Shown one piece after another: positions 1 to 13,125 of a stretch of 64,000 nt of DNA (the first letter of the stretch is position 1; every line of letters starts with the position of its first letter). A model generated the notes under the pieces. The model was not told the origin of the DNA, made no database searches, and saw only the letters and a program-made list of their open reading frames with translations. Origin of the DNA: Histomonas meleagridis 2922-C6/04-290x (taxonomy: Eukaryota > Protista > Parabasalia). The stretch spans positions 74,927-138,926 of the forward strand of contig JAANOX010000227.1 in the NCBI GenBank assembly GCA_020184695.1. Direction: 5' to 3'. Position numbers and translations under genes: made by a program.

Positions 1-2
1 AA

Positions 3-950
3 CTTCAATTCGAAGGTATATATCAGCCATTAATTTTAATGTCAAAAAAACATTATGTTGGAATTATTCATAAAACGTTAAATGATGATGGTATAATTGT
101 GACAAAAGGAATTGAAACTATTCGAAGAGATAATTGTTTACTTGTACAGCAAATGTTACACTATTTAATAAAGTTTTTATTGATTGAAAATGATATTTTA
201 AAAGCAAAAAATTTTGTTTACTCAATTATTAAAGATCTTTTTAACCAAAAAATTGATTATTCATTTTTAGTTATCTCAAAAACATTTGGTAAAAATGAAG
301 AAGAATATAAAAACAAGCAACCTCATATCCAATTATTAAATCGTATTAAAAGAAGAGGATTAGAATTTATACCAAGAATTGGAGATAGAATTCCATATTT
401 AATAATACAAAAGAAAACATATAATATTTATGATAGAAGTGAAGATCCGATTTATACACTAAAAAATGGATTACAAATTGATGCAAAATATTATTTAGAA
501 AATCAATTAAAAAAACCTTTAATTCGTCTTTTAAAATCATTTATTAACGAAAATGACATTAATGACCTATTTAAAGTTTCACATATAAAAAACAAATCTT
601 CAAAAATTCAAAACTTATTGCAGAAAAAAGATTCAATTATTACTTATATGAAACATGAAGAAACATGTATTTGTGGAAATAAAATCATTGAACAGAACAA
701 AAAACCAATTTGTAATAAATGTGAAAATTTAATTGATGAAATTTATCAAGAGAAAATAAAATTATACAAACATGCAGAAATCGATCAAAGTAAGCTCTGG
801 ACACAATGCCAAAGATGTCAAAAGTCATTTACATTTCATAATTTTTGTGTTGCAAATGAATGCCCAATTTTTTATAGAAGAACAAGTGCACAAATTGATT
901 TAGAAGACATCTATAAAATACTTTGTAAATTTGATACATTTATATCATAA
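3..950 (+). CDS. POLD1: DNA polymerase delta catalytic subunit, C-terminal part (5' end lies outside the window)
   Basis: Frame is open from base 3 (LQFEGIYQPLILMSKKHYVG, matching the PolB LEFEKVY..KKRYAG region). Contains GIETIRRDNC, IGDRIPY, CysA (CICG..CNKC) and delta-type CysB (LWTQCQRCQ..C...CPIFY). Confidence 0.93.
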   Translation, partial: LQFEGIYQPLILMSKKHYVGIIHKTLNDDGIIVTKGIETIRRDNCLLVQQMLHYLIKFLLIENDILKAKNFVYSIIKDLFNQKIDYSFLVISKTFGKNEEEYKNKQPHIQLLNRIKRRGLEFIPRIGDRIPYLIIQKKTYNIYDRSEDPIYTLKNGLQIDAKYYLENQLKKPLIRLLKSFINENDINDLFKVSHIKNKSSKIQNLLQKKDSIITYMKHEETCICGNKIIEQNKKPICNKCENLIDEIYQEKIKLYKHAEIDQSKLWTQCQRCQKSFTFHNFCVANECPIFYRRTSAQIDLEDIYKILCKFDTFIS

Positions 951-1326
951 ATTTATATATGGCAGTAAAAAAATTTTTCATTTAAAATACCTTGGCAATA
1001 AAAATTTATATCAGATGATGTAAGTACAACATTTTCAAAAAACAATGAATCAACGTCTAATAAGAATTTAAAATCAAAGGCATAAGATATCTTTTAAAAT
1101 AAGTCTAAAAAAAAAATGTCAACCAAAAAATTTTTAATAGGATGGAATGAATTTAGAAGAAGTAATTATTTTTTTTAAAAAATGTATTAATAAAAATATT
1201 TTTTTTTCACAATATAAAATTGGTTGTAGTTGCATCATTTCATAGATATAATGAATAATCACATTTAGGTTGACACCTTTAGAAAATGATGAAAACTAAT
1301 TTTTATAAAACATCAATAAAATACTA

Positions 1327-2978
1327 CAGATTCCAATCCAAATGGGTTTAACCGTTTTTTCCCCGCCATTTTTTAATGAAATCAAACTCATCTAAATCCA
1401 TAAAAGAGTTATCAAAACCAATTCCCACTGGAGATTTAATGAAAGGATTACTCAAATTTTATTCTCCAACAACTTCAAGACATATTATCAGAGTACTCGC
1501 AGGATTCAATTATAAAATGCGTTACCAGCAAATTAGATATTTGAAGATGACGACAATCGAGCTAGATGATCTTAGGCCTGTGACATGTATAAAGCTAGGT
1601 GACATTTGTAATTTAAAGCCTCAGATTATTACAAAAGCACTAAAGAAATTTAGTAAACATAGAAATCCAATAGGTAATAAGAAAAAATTAACTGATGAAC
1701 AAGAAGAAACAGTAATTCAGCATATTTGTGCTAAGTGCAATGACCACATGCCTCTCTCTTCAAAAGAAATTCTAGATTTTTGTTTGAAACAACTCAAAAT
1801 AGAATTAACAGATGGGTGGCTTCAAAAATTTATAAAGCGACATTCTAATCGAATTCAGAGGGCTGTTTCATACCCCCAATAAGATAAGCGTTTATGAATA
1901 ACAAAAGAACATTGTTATTATTATCTATACATCTTAAAAAATGAAGTGAATGGAAAATTCGCCGAAATAGTATTTAATGATGATGAAACGGGTTCATCTG
2001 AATGGATAGACAAAAAAATACGAAATGTTATTGTGTAATGTCATGGTGAAGACGTACGTATTACTCACAAAGTTAGAAGATCTACAAAATTACAAACAAT
2101 GTTAGGATGCATTTCAGCTGCAGGTGATGTATTAACACCTGTTTTGATCCATTCAAGGAAAACAGTAGACAATGAATTATATGCAAAAGGTTTAAGGGAA
2201 GGAACCGACGTTATTCTGAAGTATTCAGAATCTGGGTATATTAATTCGTTAATCTTTGAGGAATGGATCGAACATTTTTCTGTCACTTTTGTGAATGACA
2301 CAAGAAAATCATTAAATTTACAGAATGAAGAGGCAATTTTATTTCTTGATGGATGTAGTTCGCATATATCAGATAAGGTGAAAACAATATTGGGTCTGAA
2401 CAAAATTAAAATGATCACGTTCCCGCCACATGCTACCTATATTTTCCAAATGCTTGATTTAGTCACTTTTGGCGTTTTAAAGCATATTAAACCAAGTATC
2501 ACTTCACCATTCTTAAAAAATTCGCAAGCACACAATATATATAAATATTTGGGGGCGTTTGAGATTGCTACAATCTCTTCTAACAATAGATCTGCATTTT
2601 TTAATGCAGGTTTCATTTTTGATACGTCTATACATCCCTATAAAATCATGATAAACGAAAATCAAATTAAGGAAAGATAGAGGGACTTAACTTAATATCA
2701 GAGGTAGAATTTCAAAGCAATTTCCCCGGAGCAAGAAGGAAAGAGTTTGGATTCATTTATAAACAATTTTTCTAATTTTTTGATTCTCTCTTTAAATTTT
2801 AAAAATAATATTTTAATATAAAATTATATATCTATTTGCATAATAAATATATTTATAACTTTTAAAAAATATTGTATATTAATGAAGATATTTTTGTTTT
2901 ATTTTGAGTTTCCACCACTTTTTCATGAAAACGGTTAAGCCCATTTGGATTGGATAACCCCATTTAGATTGGAATCTG
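1327..2978 (+). mobile_element. pogo/Tc1-mariner-like DNA transposon, full length, TA target duplication
   Basis: Left end TA|CAGATTCCAATCCAAATGGG (TA at 1325-1326); right end CCCATTTAGATTGGAATCTG|TA (TA at 2979-2980). Encloses a DDE_1-type transposase frame. Confidence 0.88.
1376..2680 (+). pseudogene. DDE_1 (pogo-like) transposase with in-frame stops
   Basis: ORFs 1376-1882 and 2099-2680 share one frame, joined across three stops. HTH_Tc5-like LTDGWLQKFIKRH, then FNDDETG, LFLDGCSSH and FPPHATYIFQMLDL motifs. Confidence 0.85.
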
Positions 2979-3179
2979 TATATTCAAATAATAATTAAAA
3001 TTGTATAATTATGATTTTTAATTTATTTTTGGTTTATTAAATGAAAAGACATTTGATATATATAACCTCCTGAATATTATAGGAATAAGCAAAGTAACAA
3101 TTGCTAATCATTCAATGAGAATGAATTAAATCTTAATATCGGAATACCACAAATGCATGATTCATATGGAGCAGTTATT

Positions 3180-3420
3180 GCACAAGAATTAGAAAAAGAA
3201 CTTAACAAAGTAAAAATAATCAATGATAATGAAGGAGAATTTGTTGGAACCTCATTCCAATGTTATCATAAAGTACGGTGTGAAAAATGAAGAATTCAAC
3301 CATACAATCCAGAACAAAATAGGAAAATGAAAAAGTGGTGGCAAACTTATGAAGATCGAAAATGAAAAGCCACTCTTTGGTGATATATGGTTTCCCACTT
3401 TTCCGTAGAATCTCGATGTA
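3180..3420 (+). pseudogene. Retroviral-type (rve) integrase core fragment
   Basis: Manual translation from 3180: IINDNEGEFVGTSFQ...*RIQPYNPEQNRKMKKWWQTYE, a decayed match to DNGxEF...PYxPEQNGKxERxW. Contains stops. Confidence 0.6.
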
Positions 3421-4142
3421 TAAAAGAAATCAGTAAAATTGCATTATCAATTAATTTTTTTAATAAATTGTCTTTAATATGCTTTGATTATAATTTTGTA
3501 ATTTTTATTGTATATTGAGAAAATGTACATCTTTAAAAATTTTTAAATTTCGTACAACGAACGTTAGGGGGACACCCTATAAAATCAATGCTAAAAAAAT
3601 TTAGCAAATAATTTTTTTAAGTGGTTTTTATCAGGCTTTTCCAAACAAATCATGGTATTCGATCAACTGATCGATTGGTCAACACCAACTGACCTCTTGC
3701 TCTATATTGTATATATCAGATCAATCTGTACTGCACATACTTTGTGCGTTTAGTTAAAGAACAACCGTTTAATTCTAAACACCCACAGAGCCTATCGCAA
3801 AGAGCAAAAACTTATAGATCTGCGTTAATTTCATTTTAAAAGTTGTCTTATAATCGAAAGACACTTCGAATAATTTATAAAAAAGTCATCAAAATCATTT
3901 TTTTTCATTATGGAAACCTCCTTGGGGAAGAATTGCTGTTACATTCGTTGAATGAGCTCCAAATATAGGGTACTCGGTTAATTCGTGCAATTCTTATGAT
4001 AATAATATCTTATAAGATATTAATGAAATTTTCTCACTACAAATCAGTTGCTGCTCAAAAAGTGGATGAGTTTCACTATCAATTGAGCATGCTAATCCAA
4101 TATCATATATATATAAAAATTAATCTAAAAAGTTTATCGAAA

Positions 4143-4214
4143 GGGTGTGTAGCTCAGTGGTAGAGCGCTACATTTGCATTGTAGAGGCCTGGGGTTCGAT
4201 CCCCCACACATCCA
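4143..4214 (+). tRNA. trnA: tRNA-Ala(TGC)
   Basis: Full cloverleaf: acceptor GGGTGTG/CACATCC with G3:U70, anticodon loop TTTGCAT, T-loop TTCGATC; followed by an oligo-T Pol III terminator. Confidence 0.96.
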
Positions 4215-4229
4215 TTTTTTTCTGATCAG

Positions 4230-5270
4230 GTATATTGATATTTGCTAATGATGAACACCGATAAAATAAATAATTTCCAATCGTTGTGACTGAATTTAAG
4301 AGTGTAATATTTTTTAATGCTGAACAATAAGAAAATCAATAATTACCAATTAAAGTTACTGAATTAGGAATAATTATGCTATCTAAAGACTCACATTTAC
4401 AAAATAAACAATTTTAAATTGAATCAACTAATTCATGAATTTCAATATATATTAATTTGTAATAATGATATTTGTTAAATGATGATGAACAATAATAAAA
4501 TGAATAATTTCCAATTGTTGTCACAGAATTTAAAATTTCATATGTAGTGTCGGTTATACCATTTGGATAGCAAGGAATTGTTGTACAATCTTTATTATAA
4601 AGAATTCCATCCTTTCCATTACAATAATCAGCATTTTGATCAGATACAGTAATAAATTGAAGTTTGGGACAATCTGAAAAAGCACGATTACCAATTAATT
4701 TGACTGATTTTGGAACAGTATTTGTTATTGATGAACACTGATAAATAATAAATTTCCTATTATTTCCACATTTTACCCAATTGTTAATGTTGTCAAATTA
4801 GAACAATCAGAAAATACAGAATTCCCAATTGAATTTGGAATTACAATATTTACAAATGAACATTCTTCAAACGCATAATTTTCAATTGTTTCAACATTGT
4901 CCCCAAGCGTAATTGCTTTCAATGCACAACATGAAAATACATAATTTCCATTAATATAACAGAATTTGGAATTATGATATTTGAAAATGAATTCATTCAG
5001 TGAACGCATAGCAATTGATTGTTTTTATTACCTAAGTTAACTGTTCTCGAATCATAACAACTATTAAATGAATAATTTCCAATAGTTTCAACTGAATTTG
5101 GAATTGAAATCGAAATTAATGCTGAACAATAATAAAACGAATAACTTTCAATGGTTGTAACTGTATTTGGGATTTCAAATATTTTATTGGTCATACTCAT
5201 TGGATACCAAACAATTGTGAAATCTTTGCTATTAAGAATTCCATTATCTCCATTACAATATCAACTTTAA
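4230..5270 (-). pseudogene. BspA-like (LRR_5) surface protein, fragmented
   Basis: ORF pieces with repeats such as IPNSVETIGNYSFNSC and TLGDNVETIENYAFEEC, broken by several stops and frameshifts. Boundaries approximate. Confidence 0.75.
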
Positions 5271-6542
5271 TTAATGTTTTTCATTGGTAAAACGATTTAG
5301 ATTCAATCTCGTTAATTCGACCACTTATTGTTAGATGAATTGTTAAACTTCATATGTTTCAAGTGATTTCATAAAAAAATAAGAAAAATAAAAACGGAAG
5401 AGCATTACAATTTGAATTTTTATTTTTTGATTTTTTTGATACACTAATTTCGATGAAAAACTAAGAATTTTAACAAAAAATATCATGAGAATAATTGAAA
5501 TTCGTAAAGTGGTCAATGAAATGATGTTAAATTTATCTAACTTTATGTTTATAAATAATAGATATTTTAAAAAATTTGCCAAAAAACTGAATTTACCAGC
5601 AAAGATTTTATTGGGAAATACTTTGTGATATCGACAAAATAATTGTTACTAAAATTTAGTATGGAAGAGAAATTCATATAGTATACTTTTCAGAGGTTTT
5701 ATTTTTTCTTGATTTTTCTGAAAGATAGTTTTTTGAGTCAAAAATTAAGTACAGGGGTACTTTTACTTAAGGTATAAAGTTAACTTTATTCAAATAAGAA
5801 ATTAAAATTAATGCAATATTATTATTATTATTTTCATATAATGCAATCACTTATGAAAAGAAATTTAAAGCATTTCATATGGTTGTTCGATGGTTTTATT
5901 TTTTCTTTGATTTGATAATTTCTAATAGCATATAATCACAAAGATAGTTGTTAATCAAAAAATATATTAAATATATTAAATTATTATCAAAAAACTCATA
6001 TTTACTTTGGTACATTCTAATAGAATATTTATTTAATGTGTTTCCAAGCATGTCAATGTCAAAAAGTTATTTGTAATTACATTTTGTAAAATGGAAATTA
6101 AACTGTTTCATTTTCGAAACGATGATACAACCAATATAATTATTATTAAATAATGAAGAAATACCTTAAGAAGAACTTCAGATGTCAAAAAATGATTTTC
6201 ATTGAACTCAAAGCGTTTATTATAAAATAGTTATGCATGATCTTTGTAATGTTGTTTCCAAAATATTTTTGTTGAAGTTTTTCTTACAATGCACTTTATA
6301 ATATTGATGTTTTTATGTATTTACATTTTGCTTTGTGAATATATTTGTTATAATGTATATTGCTATTTTGATGATTTTCATATGTTTGTGTGTTTATATA
6401 AACTTTTGTTTTGATACAATTATTTCGATTGTTTTATGCGAACATTTGATCTTTGAGTTGATTTTGATTATTAGGAATGTGCGCTTCATTTCCATTTTTA
6501 ATTGAAAATGAAGATTTGATATTTGTAGAAGAGGAATATGAA

Positions 6543-9500
6543 TTAGAATTTTGGTTTGTACTTTTTTTCAAGGAGTAAATTTACTATTTCTGTGTATCCT
6601 TTCTTTTGTGCAATTTGAAGTGCTGTTTCAAATTATTAAAACACATTTCAAATTGTTAAAACATATTCTAAATTATTAAAACATATTATAAATTATTCAA
6701 ATGAATGTCTTTTACATTAACATCAATTCCTTTTTGTTCTAAAAGTAATTTTACTATTTCTATATTATTATTTCTAACTGCTATATGAAGTGCTGTTTCA
6801 AATTATTAAAAAATATTCCAAATTATTAAAACATATATAAAATTATTAAAACATATTTCAAATTATTAAAACATATTTCAAATTATTAAAATGAATATTT
6901 TTTGCATTATCATCAATTCCTTTATCTAAAAGTAATTTTACTATTTCTATATTATTATTTCTAACTGCTATATGAAGTGCTGTTTCAAATTATTAAAAAA
7001 TATTCCAAATCATTAAAACATATATAAAATTATTAAAACATATTATAAATTATTAAAACATATTCCAAATTATTAAAACATATTCCAAATCATTAAAACA
7101 TATTTTAAATTATAAAAACATATTTTAAATTATTAAAACATATTTCAAATTATTCAAATGAATATTTATTGCATTAACATCAATTCCTTTTTCTAAAAGT
7201 AATTTTACTATTTCTATATTATTATTTCTAACTGCTATATGAAGTGCTGTTTCAAATTATTAAAAAATATTCCAAATCATTAAAACATATATAAAATTAT
7301 TAAAACATATTATAAATTATTAAAACATATTCCAAATTATTAAAACATATTTTAAATTATAAAAACATATTTTAAATTATTAAAACATATTTCAAATTAT
7401 TCAAATGAATATTTATTGCATTAACATCAATTCCTTTTTCTAAAAGTAATTTTACTATTTCTATATTATTATTTCTAACTGCTATATGAAGTGCTGTTTC
7501 AAATTATTAAAAAATATTCCAAATCATTAAAACATATATAAAATTATTAAAACATATTATAAATTATTAAAACATATTCCAAATCATTAAAACATATTTT
7601 AAATTATAAAAACATATTTTAAATTATTAAAACATATTTCAAATTATTCAAATGAATGTCTTTTACATTAACATCAATTCCTTTTTCTAAAAGTAATTTT
7701 ACTATTTCTATATTATTATTTCTAACTGCTATATGAAGTGCTGTTTCAAATTATTAAAAAATATTCCAAATCATTAAAACATATATAAAATTATTAAAAC
7801 ATATTTCAAATTATTAAAACATATTTTAAATTATAAAAACATATTCTAAATTATTAAAACATATTCCAAATTATTCAAATGAATGTCTTTTACATTAACA
7901 TTAATTCCTTTTTGATCTAAAAGTAATTTTACTATTTCTATATTATTATTTCTAACTGCTATATGAAGTGCTGTTTCAAATTATTAAAACATATTCTAAA
8001 TTATTAAAACAGATTATAAATTATTAAAACATATATAAAATTATTAAAACATATATAAAATTATTAAAATATATCCTAAATTATTAAAGCATATTCTAAA
8101 TTACTAAAACATATTCCAAATTATTTAAATGAATATCTTTTGCATTAACATCAATTCCTTTTTGTTCTAAAAGTAATTTTACTATTTCTATATTATTATT
8201 TCTAACTGCTATATGAAGTGCTGTTTCAAATTATTAAAAAATATTCCAAATTATTAAAACATATTTCAAATTATTCAAATAAATATGAAAATATTCAAAT
8301 GAATATTTATTGCATTAACATCAATTCCTTTTTCTAAAAGTAATTTTACTATTTCTATGTTATTATTTCTAACTGCTATATGAAGTGCTGTTTCAAATTA
8401 TTAAAAAATATTCCAAATTATTAAAAAATATTCCAAATTATTAAAACATATATAAAATTATTAAAACATATATAAAATTATTAAAACATATATAAAATTA
8501 TTAAAATATATCCTAAATTATTAAAGCATATTTGAAATTCTTAAAACATATTCCAAATTATTCAAATGAATGTCTTTTACATTAACATCAATTCCTTTAT
8601 CTAAAAGTAATTTTACTATTTCTACATTATTATTTTTAACTGCTATATGAAGTGCTGTTCCAAATTATTAAAACATATTACAAATTATTAAAACATATAT
8701 AAAATTATTAAAACATATTCCAAATTATTTAAATGAATATCTTTTGCATTAACACTAATTCCTTTTTGATCTAAAAGTAATTTTACTATTTCTATATTAT
8801 TATTTCTAACTGCTATATGAAGTGCTGTTCCAAATTACTAAAACATATTCTAAATTATTAAAATAAATATATTTTGCATTAACATCAATTCCTTCTTTAT
8901 CTAAAAGTAATTTTACTATTTCTATATTATTATTTCTAACTGCTATATGAAGTGCTGTTTCAAATTATTAAAAAATATTCCAAATTATTAACACAAATAT
9001 TTTTTGCATTAACACCAATTCCTTTTTGATCTAAAAGTAATTTTACTATTTCTATATTATTATTTCTAACTGCTATATGAAGTGCTGTTTCAAATTATTA
9101 AAACATATTCTAAATTATTAAAACACACTCCAAATTATTAAAACATATTTCAAATTATTAAAACATGTTACAAATTATTAAAACATATATAAAATTAATA
9201 AAACATATTCTAAATTATTAAAATAAATATATTTTGCATTAACATTAATTCCTTTTTGATCTAAAAGTAATTTTACTATTTCTATATTATTATTTCTAAC
9301 TGCTATATGAAGTGCTGTTTCAAATTATTAAAAAATATTCCAAATTATTAAAAAATATTCCAAATTATTAAAACATATTATAAATTATCAAAACATATTC
9401 TAAATTATTCAAATGAATCGTTTTTGCATTAACATCAATTCCTTTTTGTTCGAAAACATATTTCACAAGTTCAATATTTGCTGATTCTGAAGCAAATGAC

Positions 9501-10663
9501 AAAATATTTTTTGGAATTTGATTATTTTGAAGGAAATTTTTCAAGAGAAATAAATTTCCATTTCTTGCTGATTCGTTTATATTATCAGCATTAACATTAA
9601 TTCCTTTTTCTTCTAAAAATGCTAAAATTTCATAATTATCTTTTTTAATACAAAAACTTACTAAATCATTAGTTTTATCTTCAGACATTTTTGGCGTTGA
9701 TTGTATTTTTTCTAATTTATTTTCATAAATGTATTTAAAGACATCATTTTGATGATATTCAATTGCTGTTTCAGATGCTTTATCAAATGATGAATGATTT
9801 TGTTCACATAAATGAATGATTTCTTCATTTCCACCTGCAACTGCATATTTACCCGTGTTTAATACATTTGAACCATTCATAAGTAAATATTTAAAACATT
9901 TTATAGAAGAAAAAAATGCTGCATAATCAATTAATGTAACATCTTCTTCGTTAATAAAAGAACATCTTTCATAAAGTGATGGCTCAATTGTTTGGTTAAA
10001 ATCAAAATTAATTTGTGATGATATTTCTTGAAGTTTTTCTATTTCATCATTTCGAATTATTTTTGCAATTTCATTTGGATTATGTCCAATTTTAATTAAT
10101 TTTTTATGAAGTTCAAAATCATTCTTCGAAAGTTCTTCATAATTTTTAAAAAAGTATTTTTCTATTGGATCATTTTCATTAAACCCAAATGAAAAATGGT
10201 TTTGGTTTTCTTTTTCTGTTTTATAATGAGAAAAATATTTTGAATTAATATTTTTAGTGATATTTTTATCAATTAAATTTTGTTCAATCATTTGTTCGAT
10301 TAAATAATATGATTCTTGTGTGCTGAATGTAGATATACGTTTGATAAAAATTGAAATTAGTTTGTCGACACTTTGATTATTTTCTTCTTCTTTAGATTGA
10401 AGTGTTTTTAAAAAAATTAAGTAAGCATCAAATACATGCTTTTGTGATGAAAATGCATTATAAACGATGTTACTTATAATAATATTGAATGTATTTGGGA
10501 AATTTCCATCGAATAATTCCAAGACTTTATTTGCAGATGCCTGGAAGTTTCCTTGAGTTAGACTGAATATAGTTTTCTCAAGCTCAACTAGGAATTTCAA
10601 GCATGTTGATAAATTATTCATATTTTGATCTCCTGTGTTTATGGTGGTATCATCATTAAGCAT
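6543..10663 (-). CDS. DUF3447-type ankyrin-repeat gene whose 14 C-terminal ankyrin modules are interrupted by non-coding spacers (coding status of the 3' part unresolved)
   Basis: ATG at 10663. The N-terminal ORF has the parabasalid DUF3447 pattern (IIRNDEIEKLQ...TLIDYAAFFSSIKCFKYLL..YAVAGGNEEIIHLCEQ). Thirteen modules encode ETALHIAVRNNNIEIVKLLLEQKGIDVNAKDIH or close variants, and a distinct last module ETALQIAQKKGYTEIVNLLLEKKYKPKF ends at TAA 6543-6545. Confidence 0.7.
6600..9420. repeat. Nested minisatellite: ~100-bp ankyrin module alternating with 1-9 copies of a 20-bp unit (AAATTATTAAAACATATTYY)
   Basis: GAAGTGCTGTT occurs 14 times; the spacers are built from the 20-mer plus a partial copy. 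Confidence 0.95.
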
Positions 10664-11641
10664 GTGCTCCAAGTAACGATTGTATTAAATTTTATTCTAT
10701 TATGAGTTCATTGAAAAAAATTTCTGAGAGATCGCTAGCGATTCGAGTAAACCAAAGAAAAATTGTCATCTCAATACAAGTTGTTTTTTCGGATGTTGTT
10801 TATTAGAATGTTGTTTTTTTATAATTCGAAGAATATTTATATAAAAAAATTGTGTTCTGAATTCAAAATCTTAATTAATTTTGAAAAATTATCTAAAATC
10901 AAAGTTGATCCCAAAATAAAATTCATTAAATGCTATCTACATCTGATGTACTATTAGTACAGTACTAATGAGCCCTTTCTGTCTGAGCTTTACATGGTTT
11001 TTTATATCAATTCCTTTATATGTTTTTTATATCTGTATATTCGGATATACAAAAAAAACTATACATGACACTCTTCATCTTGGTTTATTTATATAGTAGA
11101 TTTTTACCAAAATCCCAAAAGCATAATGTTCAGTCATCTCAAGTTAATCTTCGAATTATGAAAAAACTTCTTCACATTGGAATCCATAATACATACAAAT
11201 TTACAACTGATATTTATAAAAGCAGAACTTAATGGTAATGACAATTGGACATTTGATAGTCAAATTGTCATTACCATTAACGGTCAACCAGTATTTTGCT
11301 ATCGTTCAACAACTTGCCAACATTGAAATCGATCTTTCCTTCATTAAAAATGCAAATTTCATGAGGCAATATCGACGCGATGGGAAACAAAATGTTGAAG
11401 TGCCAATTGGATTTGCTGTTTTTATTCCAAAATCAGATGAATATGTTTGACTTCATTTAAGACGTGAAGCTCAATTATCTCCACTTTGTGTATCTCCATC
11501 GAAATTAATAGAAAAGTAACATAAATTGAGGTTGATATTAGATAATGTTATCAAAAAATAATTTATCCTTTAAAATTGAAATATATTCAAGATCAAATTA
11601 AAATCGAAGCATCTAAAAAGTCATAAAGAAATAGTTAATGG

Positions 11642-13125
11642 ATAATGTATAATATATAATGTAATGTATAATATATAATGTAATGTATAATATATAATGT
11701 AATGTATAATATATAATGTAATGTATAATGTATAATGGATAATATATAATGTAAAATGGATAATTAATAATAACTAATGTATATCAACTATTTATATTAT
11801 ATATTACATTGTCTATTATGTATTGCATTGTCTATTATACATTAAATTATATATTATACATTATACATTACATTATATATTATACATTATATATTATACA
11901 TTATATATTATACATTATATATTATACATTATATATTATACATTATATATTATACATTATATATTATACATTATATATTATACATTATATATTATACATT
12001 ATATATTATACATTATATATTATACATTATATATTATACATTATATATTATACATTATATATTATACATTATATATTATACATTATATATTATACATTAT
12101 ATATTATACATTATATATTATACATTATATATTATACATTATATATTATACATTATATATTATACATTATATATTATACATTATATATTATACATTATAC
12201 ATTATACATTATACATTATACATTATACATTATACATTATACATTATACATTATACATTATACATTATATATTATACATTATATATTATACATTATATAT
12301 TATACATTATATATTATACATTATATATTATACATTATATATTATACATTATATATTATACATTATATATTATACATTATACATTATACATTATACATTA
12401 TACATTATACATTATACATTATACATTATACATTATATATTATACATTATATATTATACATTATATATTATACATTATATATTATACATTATACATTATA
12501 CATTATACATTATACATTATACATTATACATTATACATTATACATTATACATTATACATTATACATTATACATTATACATTATACATTATACATTATACA
12601 TTATACATTATACATTATACATTATACATTACATTATATATTATACATTATACATTACATTATATATTATACATTATACATTATACATTATACATTATAC
12701 ATTATACATTATACATTACATTATACATTATACATTATACATTATACATTATACATTATACATTATACATTACATTATATATTATACATTACATTATATA
12801 TTATACATTATATATTATACATTATATATTATACATTATATATTATACATTACATTATACATTATACATTATATATTATACATTATATATTATACATTAC
12901 ATTATACATTATACATTATATATTATACATTACATTATACATTATATATTATACATTACATTATATATTATACATTACAATGTCTAAAATACATTACATT
13001 ATATATTATACATTACATTATATATTATACATTATATTATATATTATACATTACATTATATATTATACATTACAATGTCTAAAATACATTACATTATATG
13101 TTATACATTACATTATATATTATAC
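11642..13125. repeat. Heptamer-based satellite (ATTATAC/ATTATAT/ATTAC) in two oppositely oriented blocks
   Basis: 11642-11752 reads GTATAAT/ATATAAT/GTAAT; about 11835-13125 reads the reverse complement units; roughly 85 bp separate the blocks. Confidence 0.95.

Noticed and set aside
3-950. PolB as a Maverick/Polinton or viral polymerase
   Set aside because: It has the CysA/CysB tail and the LWTQCQRCQ motif of cellular Pol delta, which protein-primed PolBs lack.
6600-9420. Repeat-spacer array resembling CRISPR
   Set aside because: The spacers are themselves tandem 20-mers rather than unique sequences, the constant part encodes ankyrin, there are no cas genes, and the context is eukaryotic.
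11020-11450. Two adjacent short ORFs with protein-like composition in the second
   Set aside because: Possibly a decayed gene, but I recognise no family and cannot support a call.
11809-13082. Two long ORFs (392 and 419 aa) of Y/I/H/T/L
   Set aside because: They are translations of the ATTATAC/ATTATAT satellite, which has no stop codons on this strand; no ATG context or domain.
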